A stretch of 64,000 nt of DNA from Candidatus Poribacteria bacterium. Its GTDB lineage: Bacteria > Poribacteria > WGA-4E > WGA-3G. The stretch lies in the NCBI GenBank assembly GCA_964291315.2, contig OZ219753.1, positions 1,920,001 through 1,984,000 of the forward strand, given 5' to 3'. Below the pieces are notes generated by a model that saw nothing but the letters and a program-made list of their open reading frames with translations, ran no database searches and was not told where the DNA came from. Position 1 is the first letter of the stretch, and each line of letters opens with the position of its first letter. The position numbers were made by a program, and so were the translations under genes. Below, in pieces: positions 52,718-62,155 of the stretch.

Positions 52718-53230
52718 TTAAGAACCATCCGTTAGAAATTTTTCCAAATAGAACACATCACAGTACCTATCCGCAAATCTTACATGTTTTTGGGCCACAC
52801 CAATTTTCTCAAAACCGAGATTACCATAAAATCGGAGCGCCCGCGTATTCTCTGCCAAAACCTGAATAGCAATCTTCTCGAAGCCCCTCGCTTTTGCGAA
52901 CCTAAAAGAGGCTTCAGCCAGTGCCCGCCCAATCTTATACCCACGAAAATTTGCAGCTATCCATGTCCCCATTGTTGCAACATGCCGCATTGAATCGGTA
53001 TAACACCCCAAACCGTCCGGTTCGATAACTTGGATACCGACAATCTCATTATCTACCTCAGCAACAAACATCGCACTCCGTCGACACAACCCTTTAATAA
53101 AGGCATACTCTTCCTCATCTGTGAAGGTGTTCGTTAGTGCAGTATATCTGGCTTCAAGAATAACCGAGTTCAGTACAGCTGCCACCGGCTTCGCATCGTC
53201 CGGGACCGCCTTTCTAATCGTAACTTCCAT
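52718..53230 (-). CDS. GNAT acetyltransferase
   Basis: FRGYKIGRAL, NTRALRFYGNLGF. Confidence 0.85.
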   Translation of the reverse strand: MEVTIRKAVPDDAKPVAAVLNSVILEARYTALTNTFTDEEEYAFIKGLCRRSAMFVAEVDNEIVGIQVIEPDGLGCYTDSMRHVATMGTWIAANFRGYKIGRALAEASFRFAKARGFEKIAIQVLAENTRALRFYGNLGFEKIGVAQKHVRFADRYCDVFYLEKFLTDGS

Positions 53231-53272
53231 ATCCGCACATCTACCTCAGGAAATAGTATATCGGAAAAACGC

Positions 53273-54031
53273 TTAAATCGTAGGCATCACATTTCCACCG
53301 CAAACCGGGATATAAGCACCCGTGATGTAACTAGCCAGGTCTGAGGCGAGGAAAAGCACAACATTAGCGATTTCTTGGGCAGTACCCCGCCGTTGCATAG
53401 GAACCTCGCTCCAATAATGTTCGTCGGACACGCCGGCCTCACTTTTTTCACTGAGTGTCCAGCCAGGGGCAACCTGATTAACAGTGATACCATGTGCACC
53501 TACCTCTTTAGCAAGCACCCTCAGAACACCGTCCATGCCTCGCTTACCTGATGTATACGCGCCCTGCCCCTTGAAATTCTGCATCGAGCATTCCGTATTA
53601 ATGCCGATCACGCGCCCCCAACCCGCTTCAATCATTGCAGGTACAAACGCTTGAGACATGTAGACATTGTGCAAGACACATGATTGGAACTGACTTTCGT
53701 AGTCCGCTGGAGATTGCTCCAAAACGGAGGTCCAGGTATACTGGATAACAGCGTTATTAACAATGATGTCGACTCTACCTAATTGATCCAAGACCACATC
53801 ACGCATCCCATTTATCGAGCGCTGACTGGTGACATCTGCTTGTACAGGAATTGCGCGCCTACCTCCACCAGAAATTTCATTTTGCAGGTGGAGTGCGGTC
53901 TCTTCATCTCGATAGTAGCAGATTGCGATATTCGCTCCCGCTCTCGCCAAGGTCCTCGCCATCACGCGCCCTAACGCCCCCGAGCCGCCTGTAATTACTG
54001 CAACTCTATTATTAAGATCAATCGGAATCAT
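53273..54031 (-). CDS. SDR oxidoreductase
   Basis: TGGSGALG, NNA, YTSGK. Confidence 0.9.
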   Translation of the reverse strand: MIPIDLNNRVAVITGGSGALGRVMARTLARAGANIAICYYRDEETALHLQNEISGGGRRAIPVQADVTSQRSINGMRDVVLDQLGRVDIIVNNAVIQYTWTSVLEQSPADYESQFQSCVLHNVYMSQAFVPAMIEAGWGRVIGINTECSMQNFKGQGAYTSGKRGMDGVLRVLAKEVGAHGITVNQVAPGWTLSEKSEAGVSDEHYWSEVPMQRRGTAQEIANVVLFLASDLASYITGAYIPVCGGNVMPTI

Positions 54032-54043
54032 TTTCCCTCCATG

Positions 54044-54841
54044 CTACTTCTGATCTCTTCGTAAAAAGTCAGTCGGTATACGAGACATCGGGTAATTCGC
54101 AGCCTCGTCCCTAGTCGCAACAGCTTCCGGTATCCCCTGATCCCAATAGTCCGGGACAGTGTTAGGCCGACTATGCCATGCCAAGATTAAGGTGCGCCGA
54201 ACATCCGTCCGATTTTGATGAGCAGCGTGTAAAATCCGAGCATCCGCCATTACCAACGAACCCGCTTTCGCCAAAACATCTACCTGATCCGGATGATCAC
54301 TGAACATAACTGGATGGTCAGCATCAATGAACCGCGCACCCTGTTCATGTGCAGGTACTAATATGTCGTGCAAATCGATGCGCTTGCGATGCGTCCCCGG
54401 AATAACTTTTAAACAACCATTTTCCGGCGATGTATCAGTGAGATAATAATTAAGAAAAATCGTCTGAGGCCACGGCGCACAACTGAGCGGATCATTCCAG
54501 CGCATCCAATCTTGATGCCAATAGAGAGGAGGGCCCCCAGGCTCCTTCGTGAGAATAATGATCCCGCCAGAGGACACAAAATCTCCGAAACCGAGCTGTT
54601 CAAGAGCATCACGAGACGGACGCCATTCCAGCAACCTTTGAATATACCGATTGTCTTCACCGCGAACGTTGACATGCTGCCCTTGATAGATAACGTCCTC
54701 CGGCGCCACATGTCCAGCGATGAGCCGTTCTGACTCGTCCCGTAGCTCTTGTAAAAACGCTTCTGTCAAAATACCGTCAACAACGCAGAACCCCTCTTCA
54801 ATCATCTGTTCTCGTTTTTGTAATGCGACTCCTGGGATCAT
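54044..54841 (-). CDS. PhyH-family dioxygenase
   Basis: WHQD, ENGCLKVIPGTH, ILHAAH. Confidence 0.88.
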   Translation of the reverse strand: MIPGVALQKREQMIEEGFCVVDGILTEAFLQELRDESERLIAGHVAPEDVIYQGQHVNVRGEDNRYIQRLLEWRPSRDALEQLGFGDFVSSGGIIILTKEPGGPPLYWHQDWMRWNDPLSCAPWPQTIFLNYYLTDTSPENGCLKVIPGTHRKRIDLHDILVPAHEQGARFIDADHPVMFSDHPDQVDVLAKAGSLVMADARILHAAHQNRTDVRRTLILAWHSRPNTVPDYWDQGIPEAVATRDEAANYPMSRIPTDFLRRDQK

Positions 54842-55057
54842 CGCTTGCTCCTTTAGGTATCAAAAAAACAGTTCTGAAGTTAATTGCTGTTCAATGTAAG
54901 TCTATGTTATTCTATACGAAGGTGCAGGAGAAAACAAGATTTTTTTAGTGTGTTCAATCGGTTTCCGCTTTATGAAGTAGGGCTTTGGGAAATCAATGAG
55001 TCTTGACTTACGTTAATGTCTTTTGTTATACTTCCACAAATAGCTGAAAGGAGAAAT

Positions 55058-55951
55058 ATGGAACGCACACTGTTAATTCACTCCGAAATGCCTGAACTTG
55101 ATAAGGAACACGGCTTCTCAAATATCAACGGACCCTCCTTGGTCCGGGTGCCCGAATGGGTAGAAAACCCGCTGGGGCGATACTATCTCTATTTCGCACA
55201 CCACCGGGGTGCTTATATCCGGCTGGCTTACGCCGACGCAATCGAAGGCCCTTACACCGTCTATCGCCCCGGGGCACTACACAGAGACGCTACTGTTTTC
55301 CGCGGATGTGACCACATCGCCTCGCCAGACGTACACATAGACGCACAGAATCAACGCTTTTTCATGTACTTTCACGGAAACCCACGGAGCGGACAAGTAA
55401 CCAGTTGGGCAATCTCTACCGACGGCGTGAATTACACCGCCTCAAACACAATGGATAGGCGAAACAGCTCTTACTTCCGGGTCTTTTGGTGGAAAGGACA
55501 CCCGTACGCAACCTATCACGGGTGGATAGGTCGCGCAGAAACACCTGAATGGACAGCACCTTTTATACAGCGAGATACCCCCCTCTTTCCGCGCAAATCT
55601 CCAGAAGATAATACCGGTTTCCCACGCCATACAGCGAATCTTTTAAAAGGCAATATTTTAACTGTCTATTACTCGCTCTACGGAGACAGCCCTGAACGGA
55701 TCAAGAAAAGCACCGTGCAGTTGACAACTGATTGGAAAGACTGGCACCCGTCTAAGCCGATAGAGGTTATCGCCCCAAAATACGATTTCGAAGGAAGCAA
55801 CCTGCCGATTAAGCCCTCAACAGGAGGGTTAGATCGAGAACCGGTGCATGAACTCCGGGATCCAGCCATCTATTGTGAGAATGGAAAAACGTGGATGCTC
55901 TATTCTGTTGCCGGGGAACAAGGGATTGCGGTCACGCAGCTGACTGATTAG
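55058..55951 (+). CDS. Hypothetical beta-propeller glycoside hydrolase-like protein
   Basis: YYLYFAHH, HIASPDVH, LRDPAI. Confidence 0.6.
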   Translation: MERTLLIHSEMPELDKEHGFSNINGPSLVRVPEWVENPLGRYYLYFAHHRGAYIRLAYADAIEGPYTVYRPGALHRDATVFRGCDHIASPDVHIDAQNQRFFMYFHGNPRSGQVTSWAISTDGVNYTASNTMDRRNSSYFRVFWWKGHPYATYHGWIGRAETPEWTAPFIQRDTPLFPRKSPEDNTGFPRHTANLLKGNILTVYYSLYGDSPERIKKSTVQLTTDWKDWHPSKPIEVIAPKYDFEGSNLPIKPSTGGLDREPVHELRDPAIYCENGKTWMLYSVAGEQGIAVTQLTD

Positions 55952-55994
55952 CCAAACTGAACCCAAATCCCCCGTACATAAAAAGGAGAACACC

Positions 55995-57206
55995 ATGAAC
56001 GTCAAACCGAAAACCATCTTCACCGGCGATAACCTACAGATCATGCGCGGCATAAATAGTGAATCCGTTGACCTTATCTATCTTGACCCGCCTTTCAACA
56101 GCAATGCCAACTACGCTGCCCCCATCGGCTCACAAGCCGCAGGGGCGGAGTTCAAGGACACCTGGACGCTCAAAGATGTAGACATCACTTGGCTCGACCT
56201 CATTGAGACAAAGCATCCCGCTCTCAACCGTGTTATCCACGCTGCAATGGTAGACAGCGATAAGGCATACCTCATCTACATGGCAGTCCGGTTACTGGAA
56301 ATGGAACGCGTCCTCCGCAAAACAGGCTCTATCTATCTACACTGTGACCCTACAATGTCGCATTATCTGAAACTGGTGATGGACGCTATTTTCGGAAGAA
56401 AGAACTTCCGTAATGAGTGTGTCTGGTGCTATAAAGAAAACGAAACAGCAACCAAATGGTTTCCCCCAAAACATGATGCTATACTATTTTATACGAAAAA
56501 CAGAGATAGTGAATACACCTTCAACATTGTCCGTTCAGGTATAACTGAATCACAAAAAAAGAGATACAATATTATAGACGAGAACGGTGACAGATGGGCA
56601 AATATGAAGGGTAAGATGAGAAAACTAAATCCGAAAGGTGCAAAAGTTCGGGACTGGTGGGAAATACCGATAGCACAATCGCCTGAAAAGACAGGATACC
56701 CGACCCAGAAACCGCTCAAGTTGTTAGAACGCATCATCAAAGCATCTTCAAATGAAGCTGATGTTGTCTTCGACCCCTTCTGTGGCTGTGCGACAACCTG
56801 TGTAGCAGCAGATAGGCTGCAGCGCAACTGGATAGGTATTGACATCAGCCCGAAAGCCGCAGAGCTAGTCGTCAGGCGCATAAAGAACGAGCAAGGCCTG
56901 TTCCAAAAGATTATTCAACGAACAGATATTCCTAAACGCACAGATTTAGGTAACATACCGCGATACAATAGCCCTCAAAACAAAACAGAGCTATATGGCA
57001 AACAAGAAGGATACTGCAGCGCATGCGAAGAACACTTCAAAATGCGACATCTTGAAGTTGACCACATCATCGCTAAATCCGTGGGAGGCACCGATCACAT
57101 CTCTAACCTCCAACTCCTTTGCAGCAACTGCAATCGCATAAAAGGCAACCGAAGCCACGAAGACCTTCTCATCAAACTCAAAAGCGAAAGGGCTAAGAGA
57201 AAGTAG
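55995..57206 (+). CDS. Beta-class DNA methyltransferase-HNH endonuclease fusion, copy 1
   Basis: DLIYLDPPF (motif IV) precedes the TRD and YPTQKP..DPFCGCATT (X/I). C-terminal CxxC..VDHI..GG.D...NLQLLCxxCN HNH domain. Confidence 0.88.
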   Translation: MNVKPKTIFTGDNLQIMRGINSESVDLIYLDPPFNSNANYAAPIGSQAAGAEFKDTWTLKDVDITWLDLIETKHPALNRVIHAAMVDSDKAYLIYMAVRLLEMERVLRKTGSIYLHCDPTMSHYLKLVMDAIFGRKNFRNECVWCYKENETATKWFPPKHDAILFYTKNRDSEYTFNIVRSGITESQKKRYNIIDENGDRWANMKGKMRKLNPKGAKVRDWWEIPIAQSPEKTGYPTQKPLKLLERIIKASSNEADVVFDPFCGCATTCVAADRLQRNWIGIDISPKAAELVVRRIKNEQGLFQKIIQRTDIPKRTDLGNIPRYNSPQNKTELYGKQEGYCSACEEHFKMRHLEVDHIIAKSVGGTDHISNLQLLCSNCNRIKGNRSHEDLLIKLKSERAKRK

Positions 57207-57214
57207 AGAACACT

Positions 57215-58417
57215 ATGAACGTCAAACCGAAAACCATCTTCACCGGCGATAACCTACAGATCATGCGCGGCATAAATAGTGAATCCGTTGACCTTATCTA
57301 TCTTGACCCGCCTTTCAACAGCAATGCCAACTACGCTGCCCCCATCGGCTCACAAGCCGCAGGGGCAGAGTTCAAGGACACTTGGACGCTCAACGATGTA
57401 GACATCACTTGGCTCGACCTCATTGAGACAAAGCATCCCGCTCTCAACCGTGTTATCCACGCTGCAATGGTAGACAGCGATAAGGCATACCTCATCTACA
57501 TGGCAGTCCGGTTACTGGAAATGGAACGCGTCCTCCGCAAAACAGGCTCTATCTATCTACACTGCGACCCTACAATGTCGCATTATCTGAAACTAGTGAT
57601 GGACGCTATTTTCGGAAGAAAGAACTTCCGTAATGAGATTGTGTGGTGCTATAAGTCAGGCGGTGCAACATCAAAATACTTCGCTAAAAAACATGAAATT
57701 ATTTTGTTTTATAGTAAAAATAATGCTTACAAGTTCAACCCGATCAAAGAAAAAAGTTATCAAGGTATTGGATACAATACAGGAAATAAGAACGTGACTC
57801 TGTATGAAGATGAACATGTAAATACTCTGGGACCACATACATTGGTAAATCTCAAAGACTGGTGGGAAATAAGAATGTTAGCCACATCATCTAAGGAACG
57901 AACAGGTTACCCGACTCAAAAACCACTAAAATTACTTGATCGGATCATCAAAGCATCTTCAAATGAAGGGGATGTTGTCTTCGACCCCTTCTGTGGCTGT
58001 GCGACAACCTGCGTCGCAGCAGATAGGCTGCAGCGCAACTGGGTAGGCATTGACATCAGCCCGAAAGCCGCAGAGCTAGTCGTCAGACGCATAAAGAACG
58101 AGCAAGGCCTGTTCCAGAAGATTATTCAACGAACAGATATTCCCAAACGCACAGATTTAGGTAAGATCCCACGATACAACAGCCCCCAAAACAAGACAGA
58201 GCTATACGGTAAACAAGAAGGATACTGCGGGGGATGTAGAGAGCACTTCCAGATGCGACATCTTGAAGTTGACCACATCATCGCTAAATCCGTGGGAGGC
58301 ACCGATCACATCTCTAACCTCCAACTCCTTTGCAGCAACTGCAATCGCATAAAAGGCAACCGAAGCCACGAAGACCTTCTCATCAAACTCAAAAGCGAAA
58401 GGGCTAAGAAAAAGTAG
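57215..58417 (+). CDS. Beta-class DNA methyltransferase-HNH endonuclease fusion, copy 2
   Basis: Same architecture as copy 1 with a different central TRD. Confidence 0.88.
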   Translation: MNVKPKTIFTGDNLQIMRGINSESVDLIYLDPPFNSNANYAAPIGSQAAGAEFKDTWTLNDVDITWLDLIETKHPALNRVIHAAMVDSDKAYLIYMAVRLLEMERVLRKTGSIYLHCDPTMSHYLKLVMDAIFGRKNFRNEIVWCYKSGGATSKYFAKKHEIILFYSKNNAYKFNPIKEKSYQGIGYNTGNKNVTLYEDEHVNTLGPHTLVNLKDWWEIRMLATSSKERTGYPTQKPLKLLDRIIKASSNEGDVVFDPFCGCATTCVAADRLQRNWVGIDISPKAAELVVRRIKNEQGLFQKIIQRTDIPKRTDLGKIPRYNSPQNKTELYGKQEGYCGGCREHFQMRHLEVDHIIAKSVGGTDHISNLQLLCSNCNRIKGNRSHEDLLIKLKSERAKKK

Positions 58418-58425
58418 AGAACACC

Positions 58426-59619
58426 ATGAACGTCAAACCGAAAACCATCTTCACCGGCGATAACCTACAGATCATGCGCGGCATGAACAGTGAATCCGTT
58501 GACCTTATCTATCTTGACCCGCCTTTCAACAGCAATGCCAACTACGCTGCCCCCATCGGCTCACAAGCCGCAGGGGCAGAGTTCAAGGATACCTGGACGC
58601 TCAACGATGTAGACATCACTTGGCTCGACCTCATTGAGACAAAGCATCCCGCTCTCAACCGTGTTATCCACGCTGCAATGGTAGACAGCGATAAGGCATA
58701 CCTCATCTACATGGCAGTCCGGTTACTAGAAATGGAACGCGTCCTCAGCAAGACAGGCTCTATCTATCTACACTGTGATCCCACAATGTCGCATTACCTC
58801 AAGCTTACAATGGACGCTATCTTTGGTAGGAAGAACTTTCGCAATGAGATTGTGTGGTCATATAAAACAGGTGGCGCGAGCAAAAAAAAGTTCTCAGAAA
58901 AACACGATATAATCCTATCCTACAATAAATCTAAAAGATTTACATTCAACCCGCAAAAAGAAAAATCATATACAAAGAGTAAATCAAGACAACCAGGTAT
59001 TGTCAACTACGGTGGAGGCACATCCGAATTCTTTAAGGATAAACAAGGTGTTTTCAACTATGTAAATATGCGTGATGTCTGGGAAATAAGTTATGTAGGA
59101 TCAACATCACCTGAGAGAACAGGCTATCCGACACAGAAACCCCTTGCACTCTTAGAACGCATCATCAAAGCATCTTCAAATGAAGGGGATGTTGTCTTCG
59201 ACCCCTTCTGTGGCTGTGCGACAACCTGTGTAGCAGCAGATAGGCTGCAGCGCAACTGGGTAGGCATTGACATCAGCCCGAAAGCCGCAGAGCTAGTCGT
59301 CAGACGCATAAAGAACGAGCAAGGCTTATTCCAGAAGATCATCCATCGGGCAGATATTCTCAAACGCACAGATTTAGGTAATATTCCCCGATACAACCAC
59401 CCTAGAAACAAAACAGAGCTATATGGCAAACAAGAAGGATACTGCAGAGGATGTAAAGAACATTTCAAAATGCGACATCTTGAAGTTGACCACATCATCG
59501 CTAAATCCGTGGGAGGCACCGACCATATCTCTAACCTCCAGCTCCTTTGCAGCAACTGCAATCGCATAAAAGGCAACCGAAGCCATGAAGACCTCCTCAC
59601 CAAACTCAAATCAGAATAA
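58426..59619 (+). CDS. Beta-class DNA methyltransferase-HNH endonuclease fusion, copy 3
   Basis: Same architecture with a third distinct TRD. Confidence 0.88.
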   Translation: MNVKPKTIFTGDNLQIMRGMNSESVDLIYLDPPFNSNANYAAPIGSQAAGAEFKDTWTLNDVDITWLDLIETKHPALNRVIHAAMVDSDKAYLIYMAVRLLEMERVLSKTGSIYLHCDPTMSHYLKLTMDAIFGRKNFRNEIVWSYKTGGASKKKFSEKHDIILSYNKSKRFTFNPQKEKSYTKSKSRQPGIVNYGGGTSEFFKDKQGVFNYVNMRDVWEISYVGSTSPERTGYPTQKPLALLERIIKASSNEGDVVFDPFCGCATTCVAADRLQRNWVGIDISPKAAELVVRRIKNEQGLFQKIIHRADILKRTDLGNIPRYNHPRNKTELYGKQEGYCRGCKEHFKMRHLEVDHIIAKSVGGTDHISNLQLLCSNCNRIKGNRSHEDLLTKLKSE

Positions 59620-59703
59620 CCGCTTTTTCGGTGATCCCAGGATCGATACTGTTTTTCGACTCGGCAAGCCGGTAGCTATCTTCCAAAATTGAGCGAACCG
59701 CGT

Positions 59704-60810
59704 TCATCGTTTATCCTCAAATAGATGCAACGGCGCACTCGGGGATTCCGTGAGACGCCGCCGGGCCTCTTTACAATATTCAGCATTAATATCATAACCG
59801 ATATAATGCCTACCCAACCTCTTACAAGCAACTGCGGTTGACCCGGAACCCATGAATGGATCTAGCACTAATGCACCAGAAGGCGTGAGGAGGTGTAGGA
59901 ACTCTTCCACAACTTCAACCGGATAGATTGCCGGATGTTTATTCCCTTTAACGGTGGCCACTGATGTTTCAATTACATCTCGCTTGAGTCTATTACCGTG
60001 CATCCGAATAATTGTAAATCCTTTGTTTCTTAATTGCAGGGTGCGTCCGCCTAACTGTCCACCGAAGGGCTCTGAATGAATACCCCGAATTTTCATCCGA
60101 AAACTATGTGTCTGCCCTTGCATTACTTCTTGGATGACTTCCGTGAGCTCACGCCGCGCAAGCGTTTTTTCTGCTTCAGACAAATCAGATTCTGCGATGA
60201 GTTCAAAATAGCGCTGCCCGACCTTAGTACGCGCTTTTTTACGTGATTGCTTTGGGGCCCGCTCTTTTGCTAAGAAAGCGTTCGGATCATAGAAATAACC
60301 GCCTGATTTGACAAAGTGAAAAAACGGTTCTGTGCTACTAACAAGACGGCGACGAAATTGGCGCGGAGTCGGATTCCGTTTAACCCATGTGACCTCGTTT
60401 ACCAGTTTAACCAGACCTGTCTCCGTCGCAGCAATCGCAAACCGGTACGGGGCAAGCAGTAGGTTACTATCTTCATATTTGTCCCCTATATTGAAAACAA
60501 TACTACCGTCTTTTTTCACAACCCGCACACACTCGTGGAAGAGACGGAGCAATGTATCAATATATGCCTCAACATCACTTTCGTTGCCGATACCGCCACC
60601 ATAATCGCGCTGTTGAAAATACGGCGGAGAAGTAATTACCAATTGAATACTACAACCAGGTAGCTTCTGGATGAGTTCAAGGTTGTCACCGCACAGAATT
60701 TCGTCTATGGGAACGGATTTGTTAACATTTCGGGTATTTTCAGATATGTCCGACATAACATTTAAGATTGTTAATGTTTTAAGAACGTTTCTCAATGAGT
60801 CTTCCGACAA
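59704..60810 (-). CDS. Solitary beta-class site-specific DNA methyltransferase (SPPY, probably N4-C)
   Basis: VITSPPY, HPAIYP, VLDPFMGSGST. Confidence 0.88.
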   Translation of the reverse strand: MSEDSLRNVLKTLTILNVMSDISENTRNVNKSVPIDEILCGDNLELIQKLPGCSIQLVITSPPYFQQRDYGGGIGNESDVEAYIDTLLRLFHECVRVVKKDGSIVFNIGDKYEDSNLLLAPYRFAIAATETGLVKLVNEVTWVKRNPTPRQFRRRLVSSTEPFFHFVKSGGYFYDPNAFLAKERAPKQSRKKARTKVGQRYFELIAESDLSEAEKTLARRELTEVIQEVMQGQTHSFRMKIRGIHSEPFGGQLGGRTLQLRNKGFTIIRMHGNRLKRDVIETSVATVKGNKHPAIYPVEVVEEFLHLLTPSGALVLDPFMGSGSTAVACKRLGRHYIGYDINAEYCKEARRRLTESPSAPLHLFEDKR

Positions 60811-60961
60811 AAAAGATGAGAACGCCGAGCGTCAGGAACCCCATTTCAACGCCCATTGCTTTGGCTTCACTATAATCAAACGGATTGACACATCCCAAAT
60901 AGAGAGCTGCCCCTAAGCACACTATCCCCATCAGTTCCAGAGTCTTACCGATATAATACAC
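60779..60961 (-). CDS. Small two-TM membrane protein
   Basis: GGAGAA RBS before GTG; two hydrophobic helices. Confidence 0.5.
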   Translation of the reverse strand: MYYIGKTLELMGIVCLGAALYLGCVNPFDYSEAKAMGVEMGFLTLGVLIFFVGRLIEKRS

Positions 60962-61049
60962 GACTTCTCCAATGCTATTGGCTACTATTCGATAAGACTG
61001 TAGGGCAAATTTCCGCAACACCCTACAGCCACAAGCCCACAATAACGAA

Positions 61050-61760
61050 CTAGTACAGGCGCTTGATGTGTCCCCACTGCACCAATTTTTGTTGTTTGTT
61101 CGGTTCAAGCCTTGCTGTAAAAATCAAATCGGGAAGAAAATCGTTTTCCTCTGTATAACCCTCTGGACCCCAACCGATCTTATTTTGCAAGTTCCCACCA
61201 TCAACATCGTAGTACGCAATATCAAAGCCGATACTATTCCCTTTTCTTGAAATACTGTCAAGCCGGAAACTCAACTCACAAGTTGTTCCATCATTGCCCC
61301 ATGCCACTCGAGTCAACGGATACTTTAGCGCGTCCATCTCCTTTTGAATCGGAATTTCAAAACGGTAGAGAGCATCCTTTCGCCCAGAGTGGTGTGGATC
61401 TATGTGAAGAATAATGTGATCTTCACGAAGCAGTTTTATTTTACGCGTCTCAAATCGGTCATCCATTACTTTGATAGCAATATAAAGGAAACCGTTCCTC
61501 CAAACCGCTGCAAAGGAACCAATGAAATCAGAGGATTCAGGCAAATACTCTCCCGTCACCAGATCTTTGTCTAATTTTCCAGGTGTCACTTGCTCCCAGA
61601 CCGGATCATCGAGATACCCATCTACGATAGGCGCAACCGAAACAAGATCCGCGTTATATTGAAAATTTTGAAGATTCGCATCCGTGACATGCCCTAATAC
61701 ATAAGGCGCTGTCAGCAGCAGAAAACCGATTAGCGCTAATATATGTCTATTAAGTTTCAT
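61050..61760 (-). CDS. Secreted CBM9/DOMON-like domain protein
   Basis: GGAGG RBS, signal peptide, PIVDGYLDDPVW, LYIAIKVMDD, IGFDI. Confidence 0.65.
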   Translation of the reverse strand: MKLNRHILALIGFLLLTAPYVLGHVTDANLQNFQYNADLVSVAPIVDGYLDDPVWEQVTPGKLDKDLVTGEYLPESSDFIGSFAAVWRNGFLYIAIKVMDDRFETRKIKLLREDHIILHIDPHHSGRKDALYRFEIPIQKEMDALKYPLTRVAWGNDGTTCELSFRLDSISRKGNSIGFDIAYYDVDGGNLQNKIGWGPEGYTEENDFLPDLIFTARLEPNKQQKLVQWGHIKRLY

Positions 61761-62155
61761 GAATTCCTCCTTTTTAGGATAATTCGCGAGACAGGACTTG
61801 CTAAGACGAAGTCCGCATCTCTCATTTTCTTCAACCTCTCTCGCCAGAGGATTCAATAGTTTTTATGTTGTAATTCTTACCACTGTCTATTGTCAACATG
61901 TGTTGGAAATATCTATTCTAGGGATCATTAACAGTTTTGTTATAACCGCGGCATTACATTAAAAGTATATCTTAAACAAGACGCTTTATGCAATTAAAAC
62001 GCAATTAAAATTACACTCGGCAAATACAAAATGCTTGAATTCATGCATTTTTACAAATTCGGTTGAAATCTCGGGCAAAATCTGTTATACTTTATAATAG
62101 TTTTTGAAATCGCGTTTTCGTCCGAGACCAGATTATAATAGAGAGGCAATTGGTT

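Noticed and set aside
55995-59619. Diversity-generating retroelement or invertible shufflon as the cause of MTase variation
   Set aside because: No reverse transcriptase or recombinase in the window, the differences are whole-block replacements rather than adenine-specific changes, and all copies are full-length direct repeats.
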